Assembly (NCBI GenBank): GCA_963732975.1
Contig: CAVTBN010000008.1
Span: 7,325-71,324 of the forward strand
Direction: 5' to 3'
Length of the DNA: 64,000 nucleotides
Source: an uncultured Acidobacteriota bacterium
GTDB lineage: Bacteria > Acidobacteriota > Terriglobia > UBA7540
Shown: one piece after another, positions 19,223 through 29,145 of the stretch
Layout: each line of letters opens with the position of its first letter
Position numbering within the stretch: the stretch's first letter is position 1
The notes under the pieces: generated by a model
Databases searched by the model: none
Told to the model about the DNA's origin: nothing
What the model saw: the letters and a program-made list of their open reading frames with translations, nothing else
Program-made: the position numbers and the translations under genes

Positions 19223-20182
19223 TTATGGCGCCTGCGAGCTGGCGGAGCGCGCGGCGATAAACTGGTCCAGTTCATTCTTCGAACTGTTTCCTTCCATCGG
19301 CCCGCGCCGCAGCACCGCCATCGCTCCCGCGGCGTTGGCGCGCACCAGGGCCTGCCGGACGGGCAGGCCGGTTGTCAGGCCGGCGAGAAGCGTGCCGCAG
19401 AAACAGTCGCCGGCGCCGGTTGGATCAACTTCCTTCACATCAAAAGCCCCTGCCTCGATGCGCCGCTTGCGGTCAACGTACACGCTTCCCGCTGCTCCCC
19501 GCTTCAGGACCACCGCTTCCAGCGACGGCCGCTCGAGGAATTTTCTGATGGCGTCATGGCTGGAAAGCTCCGGATGGAAAAATCGCAGGTCGGCTTCGCT
19601 GGGCAGAAAGAGGTGGCAAGCGTCGAGGGTTTCCCACAGAGCCTGCTGCACCTCGGGCGCGCCTGTCAGCTCCGGCCGGATGTTGGGATCAAAGCTGATC
19701 TTACATTCGTGCCACCGGGCGGCATCTATTGCCGCACGCGCCGCCGAGATGGCGCCCGGGCTGTAGAGTGACGACCCCATGATGTGCAGCCAGCGGCAGC
19801 CGTCGAAAAGTTCAGGAGTGATGGCGCTTTCGTCCAGCAATCCTGCGGCGCTCTGGGCGATGTTGAAAACAAACTGCCGCCCGCCATCGGCACGGTAGGC
19901 CACAAAGGCCGTGCCGGTGGGCCGGTCCGCGCAACGCGCAACGCCCTGGATGGAAACGCCGTCGTCCGCCAGGCGCCGCAGGACGGCCTCGCCAAAAGCG
20001 TCCTGCCCCACGCAGCCGGCGATGGCGACCCGCGCGCCCTGCCGCGCCGCCTGGTCGGCAAAGATGGCCGGCGCGCCGCTCGCGAACGGACCCTCAAACG
20101 CTCCCGGCGAATCGAACGTCTGCCCGGGGCGGATGGCCACAAATTCCACCAGCAGTTCTCCAAATGTAACAATTTCCGCCAT
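19223..20182 (-). CDS. PfkB family carbohydrate kinase
   Basis: 319-aa ORF with N-terminal VTFGELLVEF, the GG dipeptide region, and the C-terminal PfkB signature DPTGAGDCFCGTLLAGL. Confidence 0.85.
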   Translation of the reverse strand: MAEIVTFGELLVEFVAIRPGQTFDSPGAFEGPFASGAPAIFADQAARQGARVAIAGCVGQDAFGEAVLRRLADDGVSIQGVARCADRPTGTAFVAYRADGGRQFVFNIAQSAAGLLDESAITPELFDGCRWLHIMGSSLYSPGAISAARAAIDAARWHECKISFDPNIRPELTGAPEVQQALWETLDACHLFLPSEADLRFFHPELSSHDAIRKFLERPSLEAVVLKRGAAGSVYVDRKRRIEAGAFDVKEVDPTGAGDCFCGTLLAGLTTGLPVRQALVRANAAGAMAVLRRGPMEGNSSKNELDQFIAARSASSQAP

Positions 20183-20263
20183 TTCACTTGCCCCTGAGGA
20201 GTGCAGACCCGCGCCGACTGAATGCGGGTCTGCTTCTACTCGTTCAGATCGAAACCGAAGCCC

Positions 20264-21176
20264 CTAGATGCTTTTCAACAGCCACTGCACGGCGCGCTTC
20301 TGGAGTTTTAAATACTGTGGAGCCCACATGGCGTGAATGGTGTGCCCCACTGCCGTAAAAACCACTCTTCCTTTTCCGTACTCATGCGCCCAGCCCGAAA
20401 TGGATTTTGTCCCATGGCCGTCGTAGTCGAGTCCGTCGAGGTTCTCAGCCTGGAGAAGGATGTTGCCGGGGTCCTTGTCGTAGGTAACGTAATGCTGCTC
20501 GTCGTTCACTACAAAGTCTTCGATTCCCCGGGTGATGGGATGGCTTTGGTTCACCACGCGCACCTTGAAATGGACGCAGGGGAGGATGGCCGATATACGC
20601 CCCTCCCATCACTTCCCGGTAGGTTGAAGAGGAGAGGGAAATGTGGCTGCTGTTGTGCAGGGAATAGAGGCCGTTGCCCCCGGCGACAAAGTCCCGGACA
20701 GCTTCCGATTGTTCCTGCGTGATCCAGTCCTGTGGTTTCGCCTTTGGGAAATCTCCGGGGTTTTCAAGCTCGCGCTCATAATTGTAGGCGTCGGGACCGA
20801 GATAGCCTCCCGGCCAGATCATTCCGTCCCGGAAGCAGACCAGAATGCGGTAACCGCGAAGAAGGTCCCGCGACAGATGGTCATAACCGATGGTGTAGTC
20901 GACCGATAGGCCAAGCTCAGAAAACAATCGGTCCAGGCTGACGCGAATGTAGTCCGGATTATGATACCGGTCGCCGATGAGCGCGATCACGCGAGGATGG
21001 GTCGCCGGTGAACCTTCCATGGCCGCGCCGGCAGCCGCTTTCAACCAGCAGCTTCCCGCGCCCAGCCCTGCCGCACCCGCCAGCAGGCTCCTTCTTGAAA
21101 TCGTCTTCTGCAAACGCGGCGCGGCGGAACCCTCCTCTTTTCCGGGCTTCCTGCGTGACCTCTGCTCCTTTTTCAT
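20264..21176 (-). pseudogene. ThuA domain-containing protein with Tat-type signal; single frameshift near 20575-20585
   Basis: Begins MKKEQRSRRKPGKEE...ISRRSLLAGAAGLGAG (start 21176). The ThuA-like body continues to ...GGAYIGHPPLRPF in one frame, then KVRVVNQSHPITRGIEDFVVNDEQHYV...AVGHTIHAMW in ORF 20264..20563. Removing one t from ccatttcaagg restores RPFKVRVV. Confidence 0.75.
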
Positions 21177-21342
21177 TGCTGCCACTCCTCGTTGCAAATA
21201 AATTGGAAAGCTCTCTGTGTTTGCCCGCGGGACTGCCGGCCGGCTGGTGCAGACCCCCGCCTCTGAGTGCCTGCGATCTCGCAGAGCGAAGGCCCCTTGC
21301 GGCGAGAACCGCAAAACATGCTTGCCCACGGCATTCCGGCGA

Positions 21343-22288
21343 TCAGTGGCCCAGCGCATCGACAGCTGCGATCCACTGGTCTTTGCCGATCTCGTAGAGC
21401 GTCCACATGGTGCATCGTCTCGGCATTCCAGCCGTGTCCGCTGGCTTTCACCACGGGAGTTTCGATCATCTTCTCCGCATACGTCTTGGTGCTGATGTCG
21501 GTAATTTCAAAAGCGTGTACCTGGTATCCGTAGACGGGGAGACAATCCATCCCCAGGCGGTAGAGCTTTCCGTTCAGGATGAAGGGTCTGCCGGCGGGCC
21601 GCGCGGTGTGCAGGTCGTTTTTGATCAGGGGGCTCATGGGGTGCTCGGTCCAGGGTCCCCGGAAATCCTTCGCATAGAACAGGCGCAACGAGTCGTTCCC
21701 CGGCCCGCAGGTAAACATCCACCACATGTTCTTGTACCGCACCAGCGTAGGCGAGATGAAATGGTCGCCCGTAAGCAGGTCTTTCTGGTACACCCACTTG
21801 TCGGGAAACGCCGCCGCTTTGTAGAGCCGGACGAAGGTCTGGGTGTGGGATTCCACAACCATGTAGTAGTCGTTTTGCCACTTGAACACGTCCGGGTAGG
21901 CGAGCGTATAGGGCTCCTTGATAACCAGATGCCTGTAGTGCCACACCCGGCCGTTGTCGCTTTCCGCCAGGCCGATGCCGCTCTCGTCCGTCTTGAGGTA
22001 TTTGGTGGTGAAGAACATGTAGTACCGCGAGCCCTCGATCACCATGAAGGGATGCGCAAGGGTATCGGCATTCTTCAGGTCATGGACATCCGCCGCGGTC
22101 AGCACCGGGTTCTTCACATCCGCCGGAGGTGACAGGTGCAACGGGTCCGGCCCGGTATAAATGCCAATCGTCCAGTGGCTTTGGGGCTTGGCCGGGCTGT
22201 GCGAGAAAGGTTGTTGAGCGCTGCAGCCCAGCAGAAGTCCGCAGGTGAAGATGGTGAGGGCCAGGGTCAATTGAGATTTGTGTTTCAT
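21343..22288 (-). pseudogene. lipoprotein of the GINT1-N-terminal-like / GH43-like beta-propeller family; frameshift near 21400
   Basis: Lipobox LLLGCSA. The blocks WTIGIYTG, NPVLTAADV, AHPFMV, YYMFF, YTLAYPDVFKW, YYMVVES, FPDKW, GPWTEHP and ARPAGRP match my memory of that family. After ...AETMHHVD the ORF runs into R-rich garbage, whereas the +1 frame gives LYEIGKDQWIAAVDALGH followed by a stop at 21343. Confidence 0.6.
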
Positions 22289-22354
22289 GTTGATTTTCCT
22301 CCGGGCCGGCTGATGCAGGCGCCTGCATCGTAACGCGTGGTTTTTCCGCCGATG

Positions 22355-23254
22355 CTATGGGTCGGGTTCCGGGTCTTTGGCAAAGCCCAGCAGTTGCTGC
22401 CCGTGCTGCCCTCCGGCACCGGGTTTTCCGCCGTTCCCCGGCAATTTGGCCTGATCATGCTGCCAGAGGCTCCGAAATATCTCAATCGTGTCCGGAGCGA
22501 ACCCGCCGTAATGGTTGTTGGCATAGGCGAACATGATGTCCACGCGCCGCGCCACGCCGGTGAGGATTTTAACCCATTCGCGCAAGTCCCCGCTGCGGTC
22601 GATGAGCGTCCGGTCCCACACTTTCGTCTGTTCCTCGATTCCCTTGCGGTCGCCAATCCAGCGGACAAAGGCGAAGTTGGCGGTGAGGGGATCGGCGGTT
22701 TCGAACAGTTCTGCCGGTCGCGGCATCCAGGCGTGGTCCACCAGCGCCAGCGCCACCCCGTACTTTCGAAGCACCGAGTAGAGCTTTTCGGAAAGCCAGT
22801 TCCGGTTGCGCACCTCCACCACCCACCGGCGGCCCTCAGGAAGCTGCGCCAGAAAGGGTTCCAGCCTTTCGAGGAAAGCGCCGAGGTTGCGAAATTTCTG
22901 TTTGTTGAAATACGGAAATTGAAAAAGCAACGGCCCCAGCTTGTCGCCCAGCAGGTCCATCACGCGGAGGAAGGCGGCAAGGTCCTGCTCAACGTCCACC
23001 AGCATTTTCTCGTGGGTGATGGTTTGGGGAACCTTTGCCGCGAAGGTAAAACCCGTGGGCGTGCGCTCCCGCCACTGCTCCACCGTCCGGGCCGCGGGAA
23101 TGCGGTAGAAAGTGCTGTCGATTTCCACCGTGTCAAAGCGCTCGGCGTAGAGTGGAAGAAAATCCTGCGGCTTGCTGGCGGCGGGATAAAAACTGCCCAC
23201 CCAGCCTTCGCCGGTCCAGCTGGACGTTCCCAGGCGGATTTGCGCCGAACTCAT
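22355..23254 (-). CDS. DUF72 domain-containing protein
   Basis: 299-aa ORF: IRLGTSSWTGEGWVGSFYP...FLPLYAERFDTVEIDSTFYRIP, the typical DUF72/UPF0759 N-terminus. Confidence 0.85.
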   Translation of the reverse strand: MSSAQIRLGTSSWTGEGWVGSFYPAASKPQDFLPLYAERFDTVEIDSTFYRIPAARTVEQWRERTPTGFTFAAKVPQTITHEKMLVDVEQDLAAFLRVMDLLGDKLGPLLFQFPYFNKQKFRNLGAFLERLEPFLAQLPEGRRWVVEVRNRNWLSEKLYSVLRKYGVALALVDHAWMPRPAELFETADPLTANFAFVRWIGDRKGIEEQTKVWDRTLIDRSGDLREWVKILTGVARRVDIMFAYANNHYGGFAPDTIEIFRSLWQHDQAKLPGNGGKPGAGGQHGQQLLGFAKDPEPDP

Positions 23255-23301
23255 AGCGGCTAGTTTACCACCGCGATGGCCGCCCGGGGCTGCTGCCGCG
23301 G

Positions 23302-24459
23302 CTACTGGAAATTCGTCAGGCCCTTCACCGTCGCCGCATCCAGCTTTATGAGCACGGCGGCCAGCAGCCGGACGGCCTGGTCGAAATCGGACCGGTCGAT
23401 GATGCCGGTGTTGGCATGGGTGTAGCGGGCGGGAACCACAAAGTTGATGACGGGGACGCCCCGGCCGGTCTTCTGCATGCTGGAGGCATCTTCGCCGTAG
23501 CGCACCACCATGTCGGTCTGCAAGGGGATCTGGTTTGCCTCAGCCGCGCTGCGAAACAGGTCAAACAGTTTCCGGTTGGGCAGCGTTGAAACGTCATAGG
23601 AGAAGATGCCGGGACCTGCGCCCAGTGATTCCTCCGCCTGGTCCGGATCGGTACCCGGGGTGTCCGCGGCAATGCCCACCTCTATGGCGATTCCCACATC
23701 GGGCTTCACCACCTGGGCGGTGGTCAGCGCGCCGCGCATGCCCACTTCTTCCTGCACCGTTCCGGTAAAGTAAACCGTGTTGGGTGTTTTCACGCCTTCG
23801 CGTTGCAGCAGCTTCAGCGCTTCAAGCTGCACCAGCAGCCCGATGCGGTCGTCCCAGGCCTTGGCCGCGTAGCGATGGTTGGCCAGTTCAAGAAAAGTGC
23901 TGGCCGGTGCAATGGGATCGCCGATGCGGATGCCCAGCCGTTCGGCGTCCGCGCGGCTGCGCGCGCCCACGTCGAGGTAAACGTTCAGCGGATCGACGGA
24001 CCAGGTGGTCGATTCCTGCGTGGCGATGTGGGCGTCCTGCGTTCCGCTCACCGCGGGTATGGGACCTTTCCCGGTCATGATCGTCCACCGCTGGTCCACC
24101 ATGTTCGGGCCCAGCCAGCCGCCCAGCCGCTGCACCTTGATAAAACCCCGCGGCGTGATGGCGCGCACCATCAGTCCCACTTCGTCCAGATGCGCGTCCA
24201 CCATGATGCGCGGACCGGCCGAATCGCCGGGGGCTTTGGCGATTACCGAGCCCAGGCCGTCCGTCGAGACTTCGGCGCCCGCATGGCGCATCTCGCGTTC
24301 GTAGAGTGTGCGCACCGCTCCCTCGGCGCCGGAGGGGCCATCGGCTTCGGTGAATTCCTTCATCAGGGTAATGACCGGATCGCTCTGCTGCGCGGCCAGC
24401 GCCAGGCTGGAGCAGATGAGCAACACGGCGAGCAATGTCATCTTCGGTTTCATGGGCAA
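23302..24459 (-). CDS. M42 family metallopeptidase (secreted)
   Basis: 385-aa ORF with a signal peptide and the motifs IMVDAHLDEVGLMV, KAWDDRIG and TVQEEVGMRGA, characteristic of M42 aminopeptidases. Confidence 0.85.
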   Translation of the reverse strand: MPMKPKMTLLAVLLICSSLALAAQQSDPVITLMKEFTEADGPSGAEGAVRTLYEREMRHAGAEVSTDGLGSVIAKAPGDSAGPRIMVDAHLDEVGLMVRAITPRGFIKVQRLGGWLGPNMVDQRWTIMTGKGPIPAVSGTQDAHIATQESTTWSVDPLNVYLDVGARSRADAERLGIRIGDPIAPASTFLELANHRYAAKAWDDRIGLLVQLEALKLLQREGVKTPNTVYFTGTVQEEVGMRGALTTAQVVKPDVGIAIEVGIAADTPGTDPDQAEESLGAGPGIFSYDVSTLPNRKLFDLFRSAAEANQIPLQTDMVVRYGEDASSMQKTGRGVPVINFVVPARYTHANTGIIDRSDFDQAVRLLAAVLIKLDAATVKGLTNFQ

Positions 24460-24660
24460 ATTCTCCCGGGTAGCTGCAAACGAGTACGAAATCAGGCCCC
24501 CAGTATATACCTCAAAAAACGTTCAGAAGAAAGTGACGGATGATGGCGGACGAAGGAAAGCAGTGCCACGGGCGGGCCGTTGGGGATGTGGGGAACCCTG
24601 ATCGCCACGCTCGGCGCGGCACGCAGACTTCCGACGACGATGGCTACGCCAGCCCCGGCC

Positions 24661-25194
24661 CTACCGAAACGTGATGCCAAAGCGGAACGAGACGGAGTGA
24701 GTGCCGGGCCAGCCATTGTACATATCAGGATTGACGTAATCTCGGATTTCAAGCCGCAGGGCTGCGCGTCGTGCCAGCCAGACGTTGACTCCGCCCCCAA
24801 AGTTTCCGACAAGCGCCCCACGGCCGTGGCTGGTGGGGAAGTACGCTGAGGGACCGATGAGCACAAACGGATCTACCTGCCCAGGCAGGGCGCGGCGGCG
24901 AAAGTGGTAGGAAAAGTCTCCGGAAACGATGAACCCTTCGTTGTAGTTGAAGTTGTAGGGTCCCGAATGATAGTACCCGGCCTCGGCTCCCACGCCGAGC
25001 CCCTTGTACAGGAATCCTTCTCCGCCGATTCCGCCGTGCCAAATGGTGCAGCTCGTTGCTGCGCAGTAACGCATTCCTGTGCCTGCGCCAAGGAAGGCAT
25101 ACCCCTGCCATTCATCCTGAGGGCCGGATTGCTGTGCCAATGCCAGCGTGGGAAGGATCAACAAAAGAACCGTTGCCACCATCAGCTTCTTCAT
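24661..25194 (-). CDS. outer membrane beta-barrel protein (OmpW/OmpA-like small barrel)
   Basis: Starts at the internal ATG 25194 with signal peptide MKKLMVATVLLLILPTLALAQQ. Shows Gly/aromatic-rich alternating strands and ends in ...SFRFGITFR. Confidence 0.65.
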   Translation of the reverse strand: MKKLMVATVLLLILPTLALAQQSGPQDEWQGYAFLGAGTGMRYCAATSCTIWHGGIGGEGFLYKGLGVGAEAGYYHSGPYNFNYNEGFIVSGDFSYHFRRRALPGQVDPFVLIGPSAYFPTSHGRGALVGNFGGGVNVWLARRAALRLEIRDYVNPDMYNGWPGTHSVSFRFGITFR

Positions 25195-25313
25195 ATTCCA
25201 CCTCCGACCTGGTAGCCACGGCATCGCCTTCTATGCCGTGGGTTTGCGGGTTGTGGTCTGTAAGAAGCCCAAAGTACACAACGGGTACCATGACTGCCCG
25301 ATGTGACAAGCGC

Positions 25314-26429
25314 CTATCCGACACTAAAATCGTGGGGTTGATGCAGGCTGCTCATATTGTGGGGCAGTTCTGCCATCGGTCCCATCCACTGCAATTCGCG
25401 CTGAATGTGATCGCTGAGCTGATACTTTTTCTGCACGGAGGCCAGGGTGGTTCCCCCCACCAGTTCGATCTTCGACAAATCGTACTGGCCCAGTCCGAGC
25501 CGGCCGGCAAAGGTGAGGTAGCCGACCCAATCGGGGTTGATGCTCATGGTTTCAAGCGCCACGCGGTCTGCCGCCACAAAGTCGGTGGAGGCGATGGCGA
25601 GGTGCGAAGCCACGGGCGTGCCGTGAGAGGGCCCGTTTCCCTCCATCCCCTCAAATCCGTCGATCAGGGCCACACCCCAGTTGGGCTGCAGCTTTTGGGC
25701 GTTCAGCAGCATGTTGGTGTTACCCTGGCGGACGTCCGGGTGCACCTTGGGTTTGTCGCTCCAGCGGGTCTCCCCGGGCACGCTATGCAGCGGCGCACCC
25801 ATCGCCATGTTTTTCACCGACAGGGTTGCCACCACCAGGTTGTGGGTTTTCAGCATGGCGCTGCTGATCACGTAAGCGTCGGGATCGAAGAGTCGTGCCG
25901 CAAGACGCACGGGAATGACGTGCAGGTTGCGATCGATGACGGGGCTCAGCTCATATTTCCCCTCACGATTCAGGTCCACCAGGCTCACCTTCCTGGCGCC
26001 GTGTTCCTCAGCCGCCTGGCTGTACCTGAAGTTCTCAAAGCCTTCCAGCGTATCTTCCGCCGAAGATTCGGCAATGATCACCGGACCGCGGAACCGCGGC
26101 TCCAGATAGTCCAGAATGCCGTTCAGGGCGTCCACATGGGTTGCCGCCAGTTGATTGGTGGTTGAGACGTTGTTGGGCTTGATGACGACGTACTTCTTGT
26201 GACGCAGGCCTGCCTTGATCTGCTCGTCGATGGCCTCGAGGGCCCGGCGAACATTCCTGCGCCGGTCGTCGCCGTGAATCAGAGCCACTTTTGAAGCTCC
26301 GGAGACAGCACGACCCTCCGGCGCGCTTGCTCCGGGTATTGCATGCGCTTTCAAAGACTTTGGCAATTGTGATTGAAGCAGAAAGCCGGTTCCGGCCAGT
26401 TGGAAAAAACGTCTGCGCGATAGAGCCAT
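25314..26429 (-). CDS. DUF362 domain-containing protein with Tat signal
   Basis: Starts at ATG 26429 (RBS GGAGGTG) with MALSRRRFFQLAGTGFLL. The body contains VVIKPNNVS...IIAESSA...LKTHNLVVATLSVKNMAMG, typical of DUF362. Confidence 0.75.
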   Translation of the reverse strand: MALSRRRFFQLAGTGFLLQSQLPKSLKAHAIPGASAPEGRAVSGASKVALIHGDDRRRNVRRALEAIDEQIKAGLRHKKYVVIKPNNVSTTNQLAATHVDALNGILDYLEPRFRGPVIIAESSAEDTLEGFENFRYSQAAEEHGARKVSLVDLNREGKYELSPVIDRNLHVIPVRLAARLFDPDAYVISSAMLKTHNLVVATLSVKNMAMGAPLHSVPGETRWSDKPKVHPDVRQGNTNMLLNAQKLQPNWGVALIDGFEGMEGNGPSHGTPVASHLAIASTDFVAADRVALETMSINPDWVGYLTFAGRLGLGQYDLSKIELVGGTTLASVQKKYQLSDHIQRELQWMGPMAELPHNMSSLHQPHDFSVG

Positions 26430-26632
26430 AGGACACCTCCGTCCGCGCCCCACTCGCCCCGATGCACACATTATAGGGCCAAACGCTCCGAGAGTTCGAC
26501 TGTTTTGTGCCACCGGAAGCAAGCGGGCACATTGCGCGGAGTTGTGCGCGGCGGGCGCACAGAACCATTGGTGGCTCTGCGATTTCCCCCAGGGAAAAGC
26601 CGCGGGCCTTAAAGACCCGCGCTACAACACGG

Positions 26633-27442
26633 TTAACTGACGGTCTCCGCGCTGTAACGCGCGATGAGGCCGGTGCGCACCGCATGGTGATAGACGCGCA
26701 GGAAGGCCCGGCAGGCGGCGAGCAGCGACAGGATGGTGAGAGCGGCGCAGATCAGCAGGGGCGTGAATGGGGCGCCGTGGCCTTCCACCACACTGCGCAT
26801 GCCCTCGAACACGTACGTCGGGGGCACCAGGCGTGCCACCCACTGCAGCCAGTGGGGCAGCGCCGAAAGCGGGTAAAAGACGCAGGCCAGGGGTGACAGC
26901 AGGGCAGGCAGCGGCCAGATCAACCACTCCGCGGCCGGCCCCCAGCGCAGCACAATCGCCGCGCCGAAGATCCCCAGGGCGACGCCGAAAAGAAAAAGCA
27001 GCAGGAGGAAGGGAACCAGCATCACCCCAATCGCGAAGAACTGAAGGCCGAACGCCGCCGTTGCCAGAACCACCATCACCGCCAGCACCACCACGCTGGT
27101 GGCGACGCTGAACAGGACCAGGCCGATGAGATATTCGGAGATGGCGAGCGGCGCGGCAAAGATATTCAGAAAGTTGCGCGACCACACGTCCTCCATGAAA
27201 GCGACGATCACCCCGTGGAGAGCGCGCACCAGGAAGTCCCACAGAATGATGGCGCCCAGCAGCGCGGGAATGAAGTTGAAGCGGGCGGAGGAGACCGTGT
27301 TCAGATAGCGGCTGATGAAACCCCACAGCACGATGTCCACAGCCTGCCAGGCGAAAAGCGGCACCACTCGCGCAGAGCTGCCCCGCAGCAGGTAGAACAA
27401 CCGAAGCAGAATGGCGGCGACCCGGCGCAGGCGAGCGGCCAT
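26633..27442 (-). CDS. ABC-2 type transporter permease
   Basis: Starts at the internal ATG 27442, 6 nt after the ATPase stop. It has six predicted TM helices and begins RLFYLLRGSSARVVPLFAWQAVDIVLWGF. Confidence 0.75.
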   Translation of the reverse strand: MAARLRRVAAILLRLFYLLRGSSARVVPLFAWQAVDIVLWGFISRYLNTVSSARFNFIPALLGAIILWDFLVRALHGVIVAFMEDVWSRNFLNIFAAPLAISEYLIGLVLFSVATSVVVLAVMVVLATAAFGLQFFAIGVMLVPFLLLLFLFGVALGIFGAAIVLRWGPAAEWLIWPLPALLSPLACVFYPLSALPHWLQWVARLVPPTYVFEGMRSVVEGHGAPFTPLLICAALTILSLLAACRAFLRVYHHAVRTGLIARYSAETVS

Positions 27443-27447
27443 CGTTG

Positions 27448-28239
27448 TCAATCCTCCAGACTCAGGGGTTCGCGGGCCACGGCCACAAACAGGTCTTCCA
27501 GCGATTCTTTCCCATACTCGGCGGGAAGTGTTTTGGGATCGCCTTCCAGCAGAATCTTGCCATGCGAGAGAAACAGGACGCGGCTGCAGACTTCGGCAAC
27601 CTCGTACATGTTGTGCGAAGTCCACAACACGCCCGCCTCGTTCTGTGCGGCGAACTCCCGAATGCGGGAACGGATTTCACGGGCGCTTGACGGGTCGAGT
27701 GACGCCGTGGGCTCATCCAGCAGCAGCAGGCGCGGCTGGTTGAGCATGGCCTTGGCCAGCGAGACGCGGGTCTGCTCACCCGACGAGAGCACGCCGCACC
27801 TGGTGTTGCGAAACGGCAGAAGGTCATACTCGCCCAGCAGAGCTTCAATGCGCGCCGTCGCCGAGGGCACGCCGTAGAGCATGGCAAACACCCGCAGGTT
27901 CTGCCACACCGTCAGATTGCCGGGAAGCGGCGCATACACCGCTGTGAAGTTCGTGCGTTCCAGGGCCTCGCGCCGGTGGGTTGAGATGTTCATGCCATCG
28001 ATCGTCACGCTTCCGAAACTCGGCTCAAGCACACCGAGGATCATGTTGATGGTGGTGGTTTTCCCGGCGCCATTGGGGCCCAGCAGTCCCAGAATTTCGT
28101 GGCAGCCCACCTGGAAGGAAATTCCGTCCAGCGCAGTCGTCAATCCGTACCGCTTGCCCAGCCCCTTCACCGCCAGGACAGGCGGCGCTGAAGCTGTTTC
28201 GCGATGGTTTCGAAGTGAATCCATGGGTCCGGCCGCCAT
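27448..28239 (-). CDS. ABC transporter ATP-binding protein
   Basis: 263-aa ORF with Walker A GPNGAGKTTT, signature LSSGEQTRVSLA and Walker B LLLLDEPT. Confidence 0.9.
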   Translation of the reverse strand: MAAGPMDSLRNHRETASAPPVLAVKGLGKRYGLTTALDGISFQVGCHEILGLLGPNGAGKTTTINMILGVLEPSFGSVTIDGMNISTHRREALERTNFTAVYAPLPGNLTVWQNLRVFAMLYGVPSATARIEALLGEYDLLPFRNTRCGVLSSGEQTRVSLAKAMLNQPRLLLLDEPTASLDPSSAREIRSRIREFAAQNEAGVLWTSHNMYEVAEVCSRVLFLSHGKILLEGDPKTLPAEYGKESLEDLFVAVAREPLSLED

Positions 28240-28332
28240 TGAAGTCCGGAGGATGAGGGAAGGCTTTGCGGCTTCCGCGGCGGAAGAGCCTGCGCAGCCA
28301 GCGGCCGGTTCCCGTTTGCACCGATGGTGCGA

Positions 28333-28791
28333 TTACATGGCCGGCGATTCCTGGTGGAACGCTGACAACCATTTGCCGCCGCGCTTAACCCACACGGTGC
28401 TGGCGTTCACTTTTGCAGGAAGTTTTTCCCCGCCGCAAATGCCATCCTCTGTTGCCTCATAGGTCGCGATCACCGAATCGGCGTCCAGCCATTGATAGGC
28501 AAAGCCGGACAGTGAAAAGCTGCTGACCTTGCAGCTGTCAGAAGTGATTTCTTTCACGATGTTTGCTTTGCCGCGCGAAACGGGGTTCACCATGTTGATG
28601 GAATCGGCGGTGAGGTGTTCTTCAAACGGCCTGGCGCTATGGTCCTTCCAGGCCTGCCACAGGATCGTTTCCAACTTTTGGATGTTTCGTTCCGTCGCGG
28701 CGTTCTTGCCGCCTTTCATCCCGGACTGCGCAAACAGCGTCATGGTCCCCAGCGCCGCCAGCAGGGCGCCCCCTAACAATTTCCTTGTCAT
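28333..28791 (-). CDS. nuclear transport factor 2 family protein (DUF4440/SnoaL-like), secreted
   Basis: 152-aa ORF with a signal peptide. Contains LETILWQAWKDHSARPFEEHLTADS...VWVKRGGKWLSAFHQES. Confidence 0.65.
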   Translation of the reverse strand: MTRKLLGGALLAALGTMTLFAQSGMKGGKNAATERNIQKLETILWQAWKDHSARPFEEHLTADSINMVNPVSRGKANIVKEITSDSCKVSSFSLSGFAYQWLDADSVIATYEATEDGICGGEKLPAKVNASTVWVKRGGKWLSAFHQESPAM

Positions 28792-29007
28792 GGTTTTCTC
28801 CTTGGCGTCAACGCACAGGGACCGGAGCCTCGTTCCCCCACTCTCCGAAATCCCTCCCCTTTTGCTTCCACGAATGGCAACGATTATATCTCTTTCCCGG
28901 GCCTCTGCAAGATGTTGACCGGGGCTGCGCCTGTTGCTGTGCCTCCGGCTCCCGGGCGGCGGATACCCCCGATTTATCGGGGTGTGCGGTCACCAAAATC
29001 CAGGCCC

Positions 29008-29090
29008 CAACATACAACAGAAAGTATGAAGTGTGAAGGATGAAGGATGAAACGAAAAGGGCACTGGACTACGGGTGATGAGTTTTGGAG
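29008..29090. repeat. head-plus-heptad element, copy 1 (CAACATACAACAG + TATGAAG/TGTGAAG/GATGAAG/GATGAAA ... GGTGATGAGT)
   Basis: Read directly. The head is at 29008-29020, followed by consecutive 7-nt units at 29025-29059 and then ctgg...gggtgatgagt. It is collinear with the element at 34360-34440. Confidence 0.55.
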
Positions 29091-29145
29091 GCCGGCTGCG
29101 CGGCAGATCCAAAACCAATGGCAAGCCGGGGCTTGGCCGCCGTAT

